A DNA stretch of 64,000 nt from Dehalococcoidia bacterium (GTDB taxonomy: Bacteria > Chloroflexota > Dehalococcoidia > GIF9 > AB-539-J10). The translations under genes and the position numbers were made by a program. Positions 1-9,128 of the stretch are shown here, piece by piece (the stretch's first letter is position 1; every line of letters starts with the position of its first letter). Location of the stretch: NCBI GenBank assembly GCA_030612025.1, contig JAUWOR010000001.1, positions 64,001 through 128,000 on the forward strand. The letters are read 5' to 3'. The notes under the pieces were generated by a model. The model ran no database searches and was not told where the DNA came from. It was given only the letters and a program-made list of their open reading frames with translations.

Positions 1-104
1 GAAGCTGTGCACATCTTTCAAAGTGCTACTGCTCTACACTTGGACCTTGTAGAGCAATTCTCTGACTTCCTCTTTCACCAAGCTTTCGACTGAACAAGAC
101 GATG
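1..104. repeat. Diverged direct repeat, copy 1 (copy 2 at 2582-2685)
   Basis: Gap-free alignment with 2582-2685 (CTACACTT..CCTTGTAG.GCAATT.TCTGACTTCCTC); cut by the window edge. Confidence 0.8.
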
Positions 105-177
105 AAGTGTGCAACTTTTGCGAGACCCACCAAATCAAAACTCTTTAACTAAAGCTGTGACTACTATGCGATTGGCT

Positions 178-1002
178 TTAAACCCTATTATTGTGAAAAT
201 AGTCTATTATTTGATTAGCCATTCTACAATAACTAGGGAATACTCTTAAATTCACATAGGCACCCTCTAGGGAAACATTAGGTGGACTGTCCTGAGGGTG
301 CCCAAGATTGTTTCTTTGACAACGGATGAAGTCGAATATAGTGCCCAACATTATGTTGACATTATCCGGTAATGGGCGCGGTGAAACTTGCTGCAGGCTC
401 TGAATCTTGCTAAAAACCCAGTCCATTTTGGGCCTTATTGCATTTCGGTCAATAATCTTTTCGAACTCACTTTTTTCGTTGGAATCAGATAGCGAGTTAA
501 GCAGTGCCTCACATAGGAGAAGAAACATTCTTTCTGACGCAATACCAAGCATGACAACAGATGCAACCAGATTCCCCCGAGAGAAACATTCTAAACTTTC
601 AGACAAGTAGCTCATAACCACAGGATCTGGACTTGTAACTTCTTTTCGAAAACGATCTAAATATCCAGTAGGATCATGGGGGAGATATTTGCCTTCCGAG
701 ATGACCTTTCTACCATATTCTGTAATATGAAAAAAAGGTAAGTTCGGATTATTGACATTCAAACCTGGAGCCACAACACCCTGTATCATTAACTCCCATA
801 GGATATCTTGAGCCAAGGAGATCAACTTATGTCTTCCTGCATCCGCGTCACCAACGTATTCAACATATCTGTCAAACCCTCCACCAGAGTGGTCATATTG
901 ATTCCAGTTCTTATCCTCTTTTAGGCGTTGAAGAATTATCGCTCTAGCTAATTCAAGACCACCTTTTTCATTAGGATCAAATCTGATTTTGCCCATTTTC
1001 AA
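178..1002 (-). CDS. HEPN-like (Abi-type) domain protein, putative RNase
   Basis: C-terminal helical domain with SVVMLGIASE and an RxxxxH motif (RNNLGH); N-terminal wHTH-like HITEYG. Confidence 0.6.
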   Translation of the reverse strand: MKMGKIRFDPNEKGGLELARAIILQRLKEDKNWNQYDHSGGGFDRYVEYVGDADAGRHKLISLAQDILWELMIQGVVAPGLNVNNPNLPFFHITEYGRKVISEGKYLPHDPTGYLDRFRKEVTSPDPVVMSYLSESLECFSRGNLVASVVMLGIASERMFLLLCEALLNSLSDSNEKSEFEKIIDRNAIRPKMDWVFSKIQSLQQVSPRPLPDNVNIMLGTIFDFIRCQRNNLGHPQDSPPNVSLEGAYVNLRVFPSYCRMANQIIDYFHNNRV

Positions 1003-1414
1003 AGCTTTGCTACAAAAGGACTACTGGCAAAAACACTCGAAATCACCAAACCACTAGATTGCATCTCCTAAGGTTCTCAACTTATTATAAGCTTTCCTCG
1101 AGCAAGCCTCAATGGGCAAAACGGTATAGCCTTACACATGCTCCGCATCATCTAAAACCAACTGGCACTCTTGCCATAGAGGGTATGGATATTTAGCGAT
1201 GAATCTTAACAAACATGAGTGCCCATGATGGATGAAGTTTTTGGGAGAGATTTAGGAGCTACCGGGAATCTCATTTTGGCTTTTTGTTACCGCTGGAACC
1301 TATTGCCAGGACATTTGCTAATCGAATGTTTGAGGCTCGGTTCGCAAGATACAGGTTCTCAGCAATACTAAGGACCGAAATGTCCATGGCTACCAGTGGC
1401 GGAAGAAGATACCA

Positions 1415-2053
1415 CTATGTTTTTTGAAATTCCAGTTTCAGTGAGTTTTCTTGGTGGTCTCCCCAGTCACCAAAGATTGTGTATGCAATCCTTAGGTTTT
1501 GTGAGGGCAACTTGAGTTCATCAGTCACCTTAAGCCTAACTTTACCTATCAGCACATATTTACCTACGAAACACGTATACTCGGGTTGGTTGTAGCTATA
1601 GAAAGAGATTGTAAATCTATCAGGTTCACCAGTTTGTTTTCCATCCAGCCTGTCACCTTCTCGCGCACGAACCAAGTACTTTTCAAACACATTTGGTATC
1701 TTCAATTCTATTTGATACGTAGTAGCCACTCTGTCCCCTTTATTGTATGCATAGATGGGTATATCTAACTGCTTGACCTGGGACAATCCAATGTGCTTCC
1801 GCTTGTTGCCCATTTCATCAAAGGCTAACTCTATGACGGGTCTGGCAAGCGACCTCCGAAATTGATGGGTGGCATATAGTAGTGAGAAGAGCACAGCTAT
1901 AATCGCTACTGCAGTAAATACCAGCTGGGCTTCGGCATATTGAAGTGAAGGTTCGCTTGGCTTGTATGGTCCAAAGAAACTCCCATATATTGTTGAACCG
2001 ATGACCAGTAATGCAACGATTGTGGCTCCCACATATACGCGCCAAAATCGCAT
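1415..2053 (-). CDS. Hypothetical membrane-anchored protein (two N-terminal TM segments plus a beta-rich domain)
   Basis: 212-aa ORF, two hydrophobic segments, GGGAG SD upstream. Confidence 0.6.
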   Translation of the reverse strand: MRFWRVYVGATIVALLVIGSTIYGSFFGPYKPSEPSLQYAEAQLVFTAVAIIAVLFSLLYATHQFRRSLARPVIELAFDEMGNKRKHIGLSQVKQLDIPIYAYNKGDRVATTYQIELKIPNVFEKYLVRAREGDRLDGKQTGEPDRFTISFYSYNQPEYTCFVGKYVLIGKVRLKVTDELKLPSQNLRIAYTIFGDWGDHQENSLKLEFQKT

Positions 2054-2237
2054 CTAGTTTCTCCCTCAATCCTGCATTGTATCACATTCTTGTGCCTGCA
2101 AGCTTATTCCGAACCAACTTAGGATAGAAGACGGACAGACAATGCGGCAGCATAATCATCTGAATCGCGTATTCATGTTTGCATCGACGGTCATAAGCGA
2201 CTAAAATCGGTTAAGGTGCTGCACTTTTTGACGGGTT

Positions 2238-2372
2238 GCTAAATCCTCCTTTTTAATACTGGTATGGGCAGCGATTCCGCGCTAATCATCCCCATCCATA
2301 CCTGCGAGTTCTCTCAGCTTACTGGAAGATAACTTTGTAAAGGCGGGGTCTTCGAGAGCTCCACAGTGTGAT
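2238..2372. repeat. Non-coding repeat (shorter second copy at 4121-4200)
   Basis: TAAATCCTCCTTTT.AATACTG..ATGGGCA.CGATTCCGC.CTAA and GAGAGC.CCACA.TGTGAT are shared with 4121-4200. Confidence 0.7.
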
Positions 2373-2378
2373 GGGTAA

Positions 2379-2483
2379 ATATACGATGGCACATTCTCCC
2401 AAACATTGATTGACGGTGATGGCGTTACCACCACATTATTGAAGAGAAATGGAATTAAAGTTGTAAATGAAGAAGATTTCTAG
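2379..2483 (+). pseudogene. C-terminal fragment of a DUF523/YbbK family gene
   Basis: Translates IYDGTFSQTLIDGDGVTTTLLKRNGIKVVNEEDF*, the characteristic DUF523 C-terminus; no 5' part present. Confidence 0.75.
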
Positions 2484-2581
2484 CTTTCTAAGAAACTCGT
2501 GCAATTTCCTTAGAGCGATAACTATTTTGCAACCTTTAGTTTCGCCCACATAAGATGAGCAATGAATCATCATCCATGTAG

Positions 2582-2685
2582 AAAGCTGCTCACATCTTTA
2601 GAAGTACTGCTACCCTACACTTGAGCCTTGTAGGGCAATTTTCTGACTTCCTCCTCCATCAAGCTTCAAACTGTGCGAAACGATG
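2582..2685. repeat. Diverged direct repeat, copy 2
   Basis: Aligns with 1-104. Confidence 0.8.
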
Positions 2686-2792
2686 GATTGTTAGATCGTA
2701 GGTAAGTAGGTAGGATAATCCTGAGGGGCGCCGTTGTAACTGCACGAATAGGATTCAAGCTAGCCAGCAAAGTTAACTAGATGGAACATGCC

Positions 2793-3413
2793 TTACCACG
2801 GTTTACTAAACCCCCCATGGTCACCTTGAAAACGATCAATATTATTCAGAGCCTCTCTCGCAACCTTGCTACCAGGGTCAATCTGCACCGCTGTTTCAGC
2901 ATATTCGCGCGCTTTATGAAATTGAAGGTCAGACAGGTAAGCGGCTGCCAAGTCAGTAAGAATGTTCACATTGGTTGGCGCGAGATCGATTGCCCTATGA
3001 AGATATGCTAAGCCTTTTGCTTTATCACCAGCACAATAGATAGCCCATCCTAATCCACGTAGATATTCACTATTATTCGGTTCTTTATCAACAGCCACCT
3101 CAAATTCACCAATTGCCTTGCCCCATTGGCTTTGTATGGAATAGGTGAAGCCAAGAAGGTAGTGGTAACCAGGGTTGTCTGGCCTACAATTAATAGCCTT
3201 CTTGAGGTGATTCGCTGCCAGGCTAAGCCGCCTTAGCGTGAGGTAAATGTCACCGAGATAAGCATTTGCGTACTCAACGGCAATATCGTTGTCGCTATAT
3301 CTAATCAGGACGTACTTGTATATTTCGATAGCTTTATCGTAATCGCCCTGTTCAATGTGGGTTTTTGCTTCGCTCCATATAGTATAAAGCTCCGGGGCGG
3401 TATCGTTATCCAT
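2793..3413 (-). CDS. Tetratricopeptide repeat protein
   Basis: Tandem TPR motifs; start moved to ATG 3413 behind GGGAGG. Confidence 0.85.
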   Translation of the reverse strand: MDNDTAPELYTIWSEAKTHIEQGDYDKAIEIYKYVLIRYSDNDIAVEYANAYLGDIYLTLRRLSLAANHLKKAINCRPDNPGYHYLLGFTYSIQSQWGKAIGEFEVAVDKEPNNSEYLRGLGWAIYCAGDKAKGLAYLHRAIDLAPTNVNILTDLAAAYLSDLQFHKAREYAETAVQIDPGSKVAREALNNIDRFQGDHGGFSKPW

Positions 3414-3646
3414 ATGGCCTCCCTGTGAGCAATCGCGCTTGCTTATACACCAAATGGTACCACATCCGAGAAGAAGAGTTGTGGGTGTAGACATGGAATT
3501 ACTACTGCAGCATTGTCTTGCTACATTTTCCGGCTGAATGTGCAATTTTTGGCAGTCAATTAAGCATGATGCTCAGGGGTAAAACAAAGGTAGACTTTAG
3601 CTTCTTAGCTGCTGTATACTTGTTTTGGTAACAAGGAGGCCATGGC

Positions 3647-3865
3647 ATGGAGCGGACATTTGAAGCTACCATTGAGAAGCGCGATAAATGGTATATCGCA
3701 TGGGTGGACGCAGTTCCAGGGGCTTTCAGTCAGGGAAGGACGATTAAAGAGGTCCAAGAAAACCTGAAAGAGGCAGTGCAGCTCATACTAGAAAGTCAGC
3801 AGGAACTGAGAGCCAAAGGGATGGCTGGGAAAATACTGAAGAGAAAGATCCAAGTTCAAGTGTAG
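3647..3865 (+). CDS. hicB: HicB family antitoxin
   Basis: VPGAFSQGRTIKEVQENLKEA motif; AGGAGG SD. Confidence 0.9.
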   Translation: MERTFEATIEKRDKWYIAWVDAVPGAFSQGRTIKEVQENLKEAVQLILESQQELRAKGMAGKILKRKIQVQV

Positions 3866-3869
3866 CCTT

Positions 3870-4082
3870 GTGAAACGCCGCGAGCTTATCAACCACCTGA
3901 GGAAAGAAGGTTGTGTTCTCCATCGGGAGGGTGCTAAGCATTCAGTTTTCCTGAATCCAGAAAATGGGCACACTGCTACTGTTCCGCGTCATCGAGAAGT
4001 AGAAGGTCTCCTAGCCAGGAAAATATGTCGTCAGTTGGACATCCCAATCCCTAGAACGGGAGCTCAAGTTTGGCCTCGGTAA
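3870..4082 (+). CDS. hicA: HicA family toxin (mRNA interferase)
   Basis: REGAKH...TVPRH motif; adjacent to hicB. Confidence 0.9.
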   Translation: MKRRELINHLRKEGCVLHREGAKHSVFLNPENGHTATVPRHREVEGLLARKICRQLDIPIPRTGAQVWPR

Positions 4083-4120
4083 CGGGTAACAAAAAGCGGT
4101 GCTTTACAATATGACAAAAA

Positions 4121-4200
4121 GTTAAATCCTCCTTTTTCAATACTGCAATGGGCAACGATTCCGCACTAAAGGGGTTTCTTGGAGAGCGCCACAATGTGAT
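4121..4200. repeat. Internally deleted copy of the 2238-2372 repeat
   Basis: Both end blocks are shared; about 55 nt of the middle is missing. Confidence 0.65.
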
Positions 4201-4242
4201 TTTGCCAGCTTGGAAGATGCATCCTGATTACATCAACCAGCT

Positions 4243-4458
4243 TCACACAACCTCAATAACCTTATTCTTGCTCTTGAAGCCGCTTAAAATCCTGACTTGA
4301 CCCTGAGAAACACCAAAATGCTTTGCCAGTAATTTGATGACTGCCTGGTTAGCTTTGCCTTCCTTGGGTGGTTCTTTGACCTTCACTACAAAGTTATCGC
4401 CTTCTTGATTGATTTCCTCGGTTTTTGAGTTAGGCTTTACCTTAACCTTAACTTTCAA
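4243..4458 (-). CDS. yggU: DUF167/YggU family protein
   Basis: VKVKPNS...PPKEGKAN...ILSGFKSKNK. Confidence 0.9.
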   Translation of the reverse strand: MKVKVKVKPNSKTEEINQEGDNFVVKVKEPPKEGKANQAVIKLLAKHFGVSQGQVRILSGFKSKNKVIEVV

Positions 4459-4550
4459 CTAATTCTCCCCACATTCCCTGGTTATGAAATCTCACTAGCT
4501 TAACCGGCGCTATTTTATTAGTTAAGGGCCTCTGACTCTAAGTAAATACC
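4453..4550 (-). pseudogene. Displaced duplicate of the mtaB 3' end
   Basis: 98-nt copy of 5105-5202 (about 85/98 identical by eye), has an in-frame TAG, overlaps the yggU start. Confidence 0.9.
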
Positions 4551-4561
4551 GGCGCCCGCAT

Positions 4562-4796
4562 CTAGTCTCTGAGTAATCTTAAGAACTCCTCCACTGAGAG
4601 GTCAGCCTGTTTTAAAATCCTCTTCAATGTTCCCTTTGGAATATCCTTAGAGTGGATGGGAACTGTTATTTTCAAGTCAGGCTTCGTCTTATGAAATAAT
4701 CGAGCATGGCTCCCAAGTTTGGTGATGAATATAGAAGCCAGCTTTGAGAAGAGCTTTAAGAACCTCTTCACCTTTTATGATAGGGAGCTTTGCCAT
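4562..4796 (-). pseudogene. hicA: HicA toxin with a +1 frameshift
   Basis: ATG 4796 gives MAKLPIIKGEEVLKALLKAGFYIHHQT; an extra base near 4715 shifts off GSHARLFH...VPIH. Confidence 0.85.
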
Positions 4797-4798
4797 CT

Positions 4799-5026
4799 CT
4801 AGACAGTCACTGCTATGCGCTCAATGGCTGGCTCCCTGTCTTCCGGAATCACCCCTTTTTCTTCAAGGACGCTCTCAAGATAACACTTTAAGGCATCCTC
4901 AGCCATCCTCTTTGCTTCCTCAATCGTTTCCCCAAAGGTGCAAATCTCAGGGATTGCTGGAAAGATAACATTGTAGCCCCCTTCCCTAAGGGGCTCAAAA
5001 ATAACCGTATAGTGATAACTTTTCAT
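4799..5026 (-). CDS. hicB: HicB family antitoxin
   Basis: GGYNVIFPAIPEICTFGETIEEA. Confidence 0.9.
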   Translation of the reverse strand: MKSYHYTVIFEPLREGGYNVIFPAIPEICTFGETIEEAKRMAEDALKCYLESVLEEKGVIPEDREPAIERIAVTV

Positions 5027-5034
5027 TCTGCCAC

Positions 5035-5063
5035 TTTATATGCCTTTTCAGATATCATGTCAA
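5035..5063 (-). promoter_or_regulatory. Sigma70-type promoter of hicBA
   Basis: TTGACA-17-TATAAA, 8 nt before the ATG. Confidence 0.7.
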
Positions 5064-5093
5064 GGCAAGGCAGTTTTTAGGTTTAATATCAGC

Positions 5094-6464
5094 TTAACTT
5101 AGAATTTCAACTAATTCTCCCCACATTCCCTGGTTATGAAATCCCGCTAGCTTAACCGGCGCTATTTTGTTGGTTAAGTGCTCATGGCTTGGGGTAAATA
5201 CCCTGATATAGTTATCAGTTAGCCCAGAATGTATGCCGCTACCAAGACTTGTCTCCTTTTCCCACAAGACAGGCATGACTTGCCCTAAAAACTGCTCGTA
5301 AAAACTATGCCGGCATTTTTGGGCTAACTCTAACATTCGCTGCTTGCGCTCCTTCTTTACTCTCTCATCTATTTGCTGGGGCATCCTAGCTGCCAGAGTC
5401 CCGGGACGAGGAGAGAAGGGAAAAACATGGATATTGGCAAAGCCAGCTTGCTGGCAAAAGTGGCAGCTTTGCTCAAACTCTTCATCGCTCTCCCCAGGGA
5501 AACCAACCATGACATCCGTGGTAATAGCTACTCCGGGTATTGTCTCCTTGATCAGATTCACTGCCTGTTGATAATCATCCAAAGAGTAACACCGCTTCAT
5601 CCTCTGAAGAATCCCGTCACTCCCACTCTGGAGAGCCAAATGAAGGTGGCGACATAGCCGCTTGTCCTGCCACAAGGCAAGAAATTGAGCAGAAATCTCC
5701 TGCGGCTGCAGTGAAGAGAGACGCAGCCTTCCAATACCTGTGTCATGAAGAATGCGCTCTATTAAACCTCTGAGGTCAATGCTAGATCCTTCGCTATCGC
5801 TCAGGACGGCGTCTTTATAACAGCCAATCTTAGTCCCGGTGAGAACAACCTCCTTATAGCCCAGAGCCACTTTCAGCTTAACTTCATCAATTATCTGGGA
5901 GGCAGGCAAAGAATACTCATAAGCCCTTACTCGAGGCACGATGCAATAAGCGCAAGGACTACGACAGCCGTCTTGAATTTTTATCAAGCTGCGAATCCTA
6001 CTGATGCCATTAAGCGGGATAAAGGAGCCCCTCCCTACATCACCCCTTACTTGGCAGGGGGCGTGAGATTGCCTCATTTCACCCTCACCCCTTCCCTCTC
6101 CCTTCAAGGGAGAGGGGATTTGTGCTCGCAACGACAAGCCTCCAACAATCTCAAGCAAGTGCTCTTTCTCTTCGTTGTCAATGACAGAATCAGCAATTGG
6201 AGCTAGTTCCTGAGGAGCCCTTTGAGCATAGCAGCCACTAGCAATAATGAAAGCCCGAGGATTTCTTCGCCTAGCTAGCCTGAGCCAGTGGCGTGACTTG
6301 CGATCAGCGACATGAGTTACTGTACAGGTATTGGTAATATAAATGTCAGCTACATCATCAGGAGTTACAAGCTGATATCCTGCTTCCCTGAATTGATTTG
6401 CTAGGGATTCCGTTTCTGCCTGGTTGAGCTTGCACCCCAATGTATAGAAAGCTACCCTCACCAC
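5094..6464 (-). CDS. mtaB: tRNA t6A37 methylthiotransferase MtaB (radical SAM)
   Basis: TLGCKLNQAE, NTCTVT, QDGCRSPCAYC, GLTDNY; carries two in-frame repeat insertions. Confidence 0.93.
   Translation of the reverse strand: MVRVAFYTLGCKLNQAETESLANQFREAGYQLVTPDDVADIYITNTCTVTHVADRKSRHWLRLARRRNPRAFIIASGCYAQRAPQELAPIADSVIDNEEKEHLLEIVGGLSLRAQIPSPLKGEGRGEGEMRQSHAPCQVRGDVGRGSFIPLNGISRIRSLIKIQDGCRSPCAYCIVPRVRAYEYSLPASQIIDEVKLKVALGYKEVVLTGTKIGCYKDAVLSDSEGSSIDLRGLIERILHDTGIGRLRLSSLQPQEISAQFLALWQDKRLCRHLHLALQSGSDGILQRMKRCYSLDDYQQAVNLIKETIPGVAITTDVMVGFPGESDEEFEQSCHFCQQAGFANIHVFPFSPRPGTLAARMPQQIDERVKKERKQRMLELAQKCRHSFYEQFLGQVMPVLWEKETSLGSGIHSGLTDNYIRVFTPSHEHLTNKIAPVKLAGFHNQGMWGELVEILS
6065..6135. repeat. 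Nested palindromic repeat inserted in frame in mtaB
   Basis: GAGATTGCC...CTCGCAACGAC shell around a CCCTCACCCC.TCCCTCTCCCTT.AAGGGAGAGGG hairpin. Confidence 0.8.
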
Positions 6465-6465
6465 T

Positions 6466-6545
6466 CTAAAACCCTAATATCTAATCCCTAAATCCTAAAC
6501 AAACTCTAAATATTTGGAATTTAGTGTTTAGTGCTTAGTATTTCT
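6466..6545. repeat. Inverted array of AT-rich heptamers
   Basis: CTAAA-type units followed by TTTAG-type units; similar arrays at 37857-37950 and 59236-59412. Confidence 0.6.
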
Positions 6546-6600
6546 ACTCAATTATGCTATAGTTAACGACTTTAATCAAAAAATTATTAACGGATAAGAC

Positions 6601-8310
6601 ATGGGAAATCAGCAAGTTCGATGGCAACTTTTACCCCAGGCACCAGACGAATATCTGCGTGCTGCCAATCTTCCTCCCATAATTGCCCAACTTCTTTACA
6701 ATCGTGGTGTCCACCTAGGTGAAATCGAGCCATTTTTACTCGCTGACCACCGCCTTGGAGGCAATCCCTTTCTGCTCCCTGACATGTCACAAGCGGTAAA
6801 CAGGATTTATAAAGCCTTGCTTACAGGAGAAAAAATCGCTATCTGTGGCGACTTTGATGTTGATGGCATCACAGCCACAGCTAGTCTTACTGAGGGACTA
6901 TCATGGCTCGGTGGCAAAGTTACCCCCTATATCCCTCACCGCCTTCGCGAAGGTCATGGGTTAAAATTGCCAGCTCTAGAAAAGCTTCATAGCCAAGGGG
7001 TGGGATTAATTATCACTGTCGATTGCGGCGTCACCAGCATCACGGAAGCAAAACAAGCTCAAGAAATGGGGCTGGATGTGATTATCACCGACCACCACGT
7101 TCCATCGGTAACCCTACCCCGAGCTATAGCCGTAATTGACGCCAAACGAAAAGATTCACAATATCCCTTCTCGGAATTAGCCGGGGTGGGTGTCGCCTTT
7201 AAGCTTTTGCAGGCGCTGCTTTATAAAGATGGCAGGGAAAAACGGCTTGTTGAATTATTAGACCTGGTAGCCTTAGGCACAGTGACTGACTTAGTTCCCC
7301 TAGTAGGCGAAAATCGCTATTTGGTGAAGGAAGGGCTAAAGGTGCTTAACAATACTCAGCGCATCGGACTCCAAGAGCTTATTAAGCTGGCCAGGCTAAA
7401 ATTAGGTGAACTCAATACTAAACACATCTCCAAGGCTCTAGGGCCTAGATTAAACGCTGCCAGCAGGATGGATGATGCCACCACCAGCTATCGACTGGTC
7501 ACTACCCGCTCTCCGGAAGAAGTCCATGCTTTAGCTCAAGAATTAGACGCAAGGAATGTTGAACGTCAGAGACTAACCGATGAGGTGTTACGCAAAGCAA
7601 AAGAAAGGTTAGCTCACAGGCTTTACCCCCCTTTGCTTATAGAAGGCCATGAAGGCTATCCTGTTGGAGTTATTGGTCTTGTTGCTGGCAAGCTAGTAGA
7701 TGAATTTCATAAACCTGCTATCATCCTCAACCTTGGACCTGAGCTATGTCGAGGCAGCGCCCGAAGCATCTCCGAATTCAATGTCGCCGAAGCTTTAGAA
7801 GAATGCCAGGATTTGCTTATCACCTTCGGCGGCCATCCCTTAGCCGCCGGCTTCACCGTAAAACAGCAAAATTTGGCTCGGTTAGAAGAAAGGCTTATGA
7901 GCTTAGCCAAAACCCAGCTATCGCATCTAGACCTCTGTCCCCAATTAGTCATTGATGCCGAGGTTCCTTTATCTGCTTTGGCAGGCGACGCCTTCAACTT
8001 AATCCAACAACTGGAACCCTTCGGACAAGGCAATTCAAATCCCACCTTTCTCACTCGCCAGGTTGAAGTAATCGAATGCCGCAACTTCGGCAATCAAGAT
8101 AAGCATCTAGAACTAAAACTTAAACAAGGGAATATAACCTGGAGGGCTGTAGATTTTAATTCGCAGAAAACGCAAGAGGAAATCCCCTCTTACCTAGATA
8201 TTGTGTATACCATAGAGAAAAGTTTCTGGAATGGCGAACAGGTGCTACGGCTTAATCTTCGTGACTTTGCCCCATACAAAGCAACTATCAGCTATCAGCC
8301 ATCAGATTGA
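6601..8310 (+). CDS. recJ: Single-stranded-DNA exonuclease RecJ
   Basis: GDFDVDG, TVDCG, TDHH, GSARS, GGHPLAAG. Confidence 0.96.
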   Translation: MGNQQVRWQLLPQAPDEYLRAANLPPIIAQLLYNRGVHLGEIEPFLLADHRLGGNPFLLPDMSQAVNRIYKALLTGEKIAICGDFDVDGITATASLTEGLSWLGGKVTPYIPHRLREGHGLKLPALEKLHSQGVGLIITVDCGVTSITEAKQAQEMGLDVIITDHHVPSVTLPRAIAVIDAKRKDSQYPFSELAGVGVAFKLLQALLYKDGREKRLVELLDLVALGTVTDLVPLVGENRYLVKEGLKVLNNTQRIGLQELIKLARLKLGELNTKHISKALGPRLNAASRMDDATTSYRLVTTRSPEEVHALAQELDARNVERQRLTDEVLRKAKERLAHRLYPPLLIEGHEGYPVGVIGLVAGKLVDEFHKPAIILNLGPELCRGSARSISEFNVAEALEECQDLLITFGGHPLAAGFTVKQQNLARLEERLMSLAKTQLSHLDLCPQLVIDAEVPLSALAGDAFNLIQQLEPFGQGNSNPTFLTRQVEVIECRNFGNQDKHLELKLKQGNITWRAVDFNSQKTQEEIPSYLDIVYTIEKSFWNGEQVLRLNLRDFAPYKATISYQPSD

Positions 8311-9128
8311 TGCTGAATGCTGTCTGCTGAGTGCTGACTACTCCTCTGAAATCTGCGCATTCTGATGATTAGCCAGGGCACAGCTATCACTAATATTGCC
8401 AAACTGATGACCTGCCCTTGGTGAAGCCCCATTAAAAATGGCTCGTTCACGCGGAAAAACCTTAAACCGAAATCACCGGCAGCATAGAGGCAAAGATAAA
8501 GGAAGAATAGGGAGCCTTGGGGCTTGAGCCGATCACGCAATTGCCAGACTATGGCAAAAACTATCAGGTTCCACAATAAAAAATAAATTTGCGCCGGGTA
8601 AAGCGGCACACCCCAGTATTGAACTGGAATAACATCACGAGGAGTATAAAGCACTGCACCCGGGAAAGATTGAAAGGGACTGAGCTTACCATGGCAGCAA
8701 CCATTTATAGCGCAGCCAACTCTGCCTATGGCTTGAGCCAAGGGTGCTCCCACGGCAATGGCATCGCCCACACCAGCCAGACTTGAGAAAGGAATCCTCC
8801 TCACTCCCATGTAGACCCACACTGCCAGAAGGGCACCAATAATAGCTCCATAGAGACTTAGCCCAGCAAAGCCAACGATAGCCCCAGGGTTAGCCATATA
8901 ATAGTCCCACTGGTCAATAACATGAACCAGCCTGGATACTATGAAACCGCCGATGATACCCCAGAGAAAGAGGTTGTAAATAATATCCCGGGAAATGCCC
9001 AGCCTTCTCGTTTCTCGCAAGGTCATAGCTAGCAATGCTATGACTGCCAGAGCTACCGTAATTCCGTACCACCTCACAGTGAGGGAACCAATGGTAAAAG
9101 CAATAGGGTTTATGCTAATAGTGAGCAT
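8295..9128 (-). CDS. lgt: Prolipoprotein diacylglyceryl transferase
   Basis: VRWYG, QAIGRVGC.ING, YPAQIY. Confidence 0.92.
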   Translation of the reverse strand: MLTISINPIAFTIGSLTVRWYGITVALAVIALLAMTLRETRRLGISRDIIYNLFLWGIIGGFIVSRLVHVIDQWDYYMANPGAIVGFAGLSLYGAIIGALLAVWVYMGVRRIPFSSLAGVGDAIAVGAPLAQAIGRVGCAINGCCHGKLSPFQSFPGAVLYTPRDVIPVQYWGVPLYPAQIYFLLWNLIVFAIVWQLRDRLKPQGSLFFLYLCLYAAGDFGLRFFRVNEPFLMGLHQGQVISLAILVIAVPWLIIRMRRFQRSSQHSADSIQHQSDG

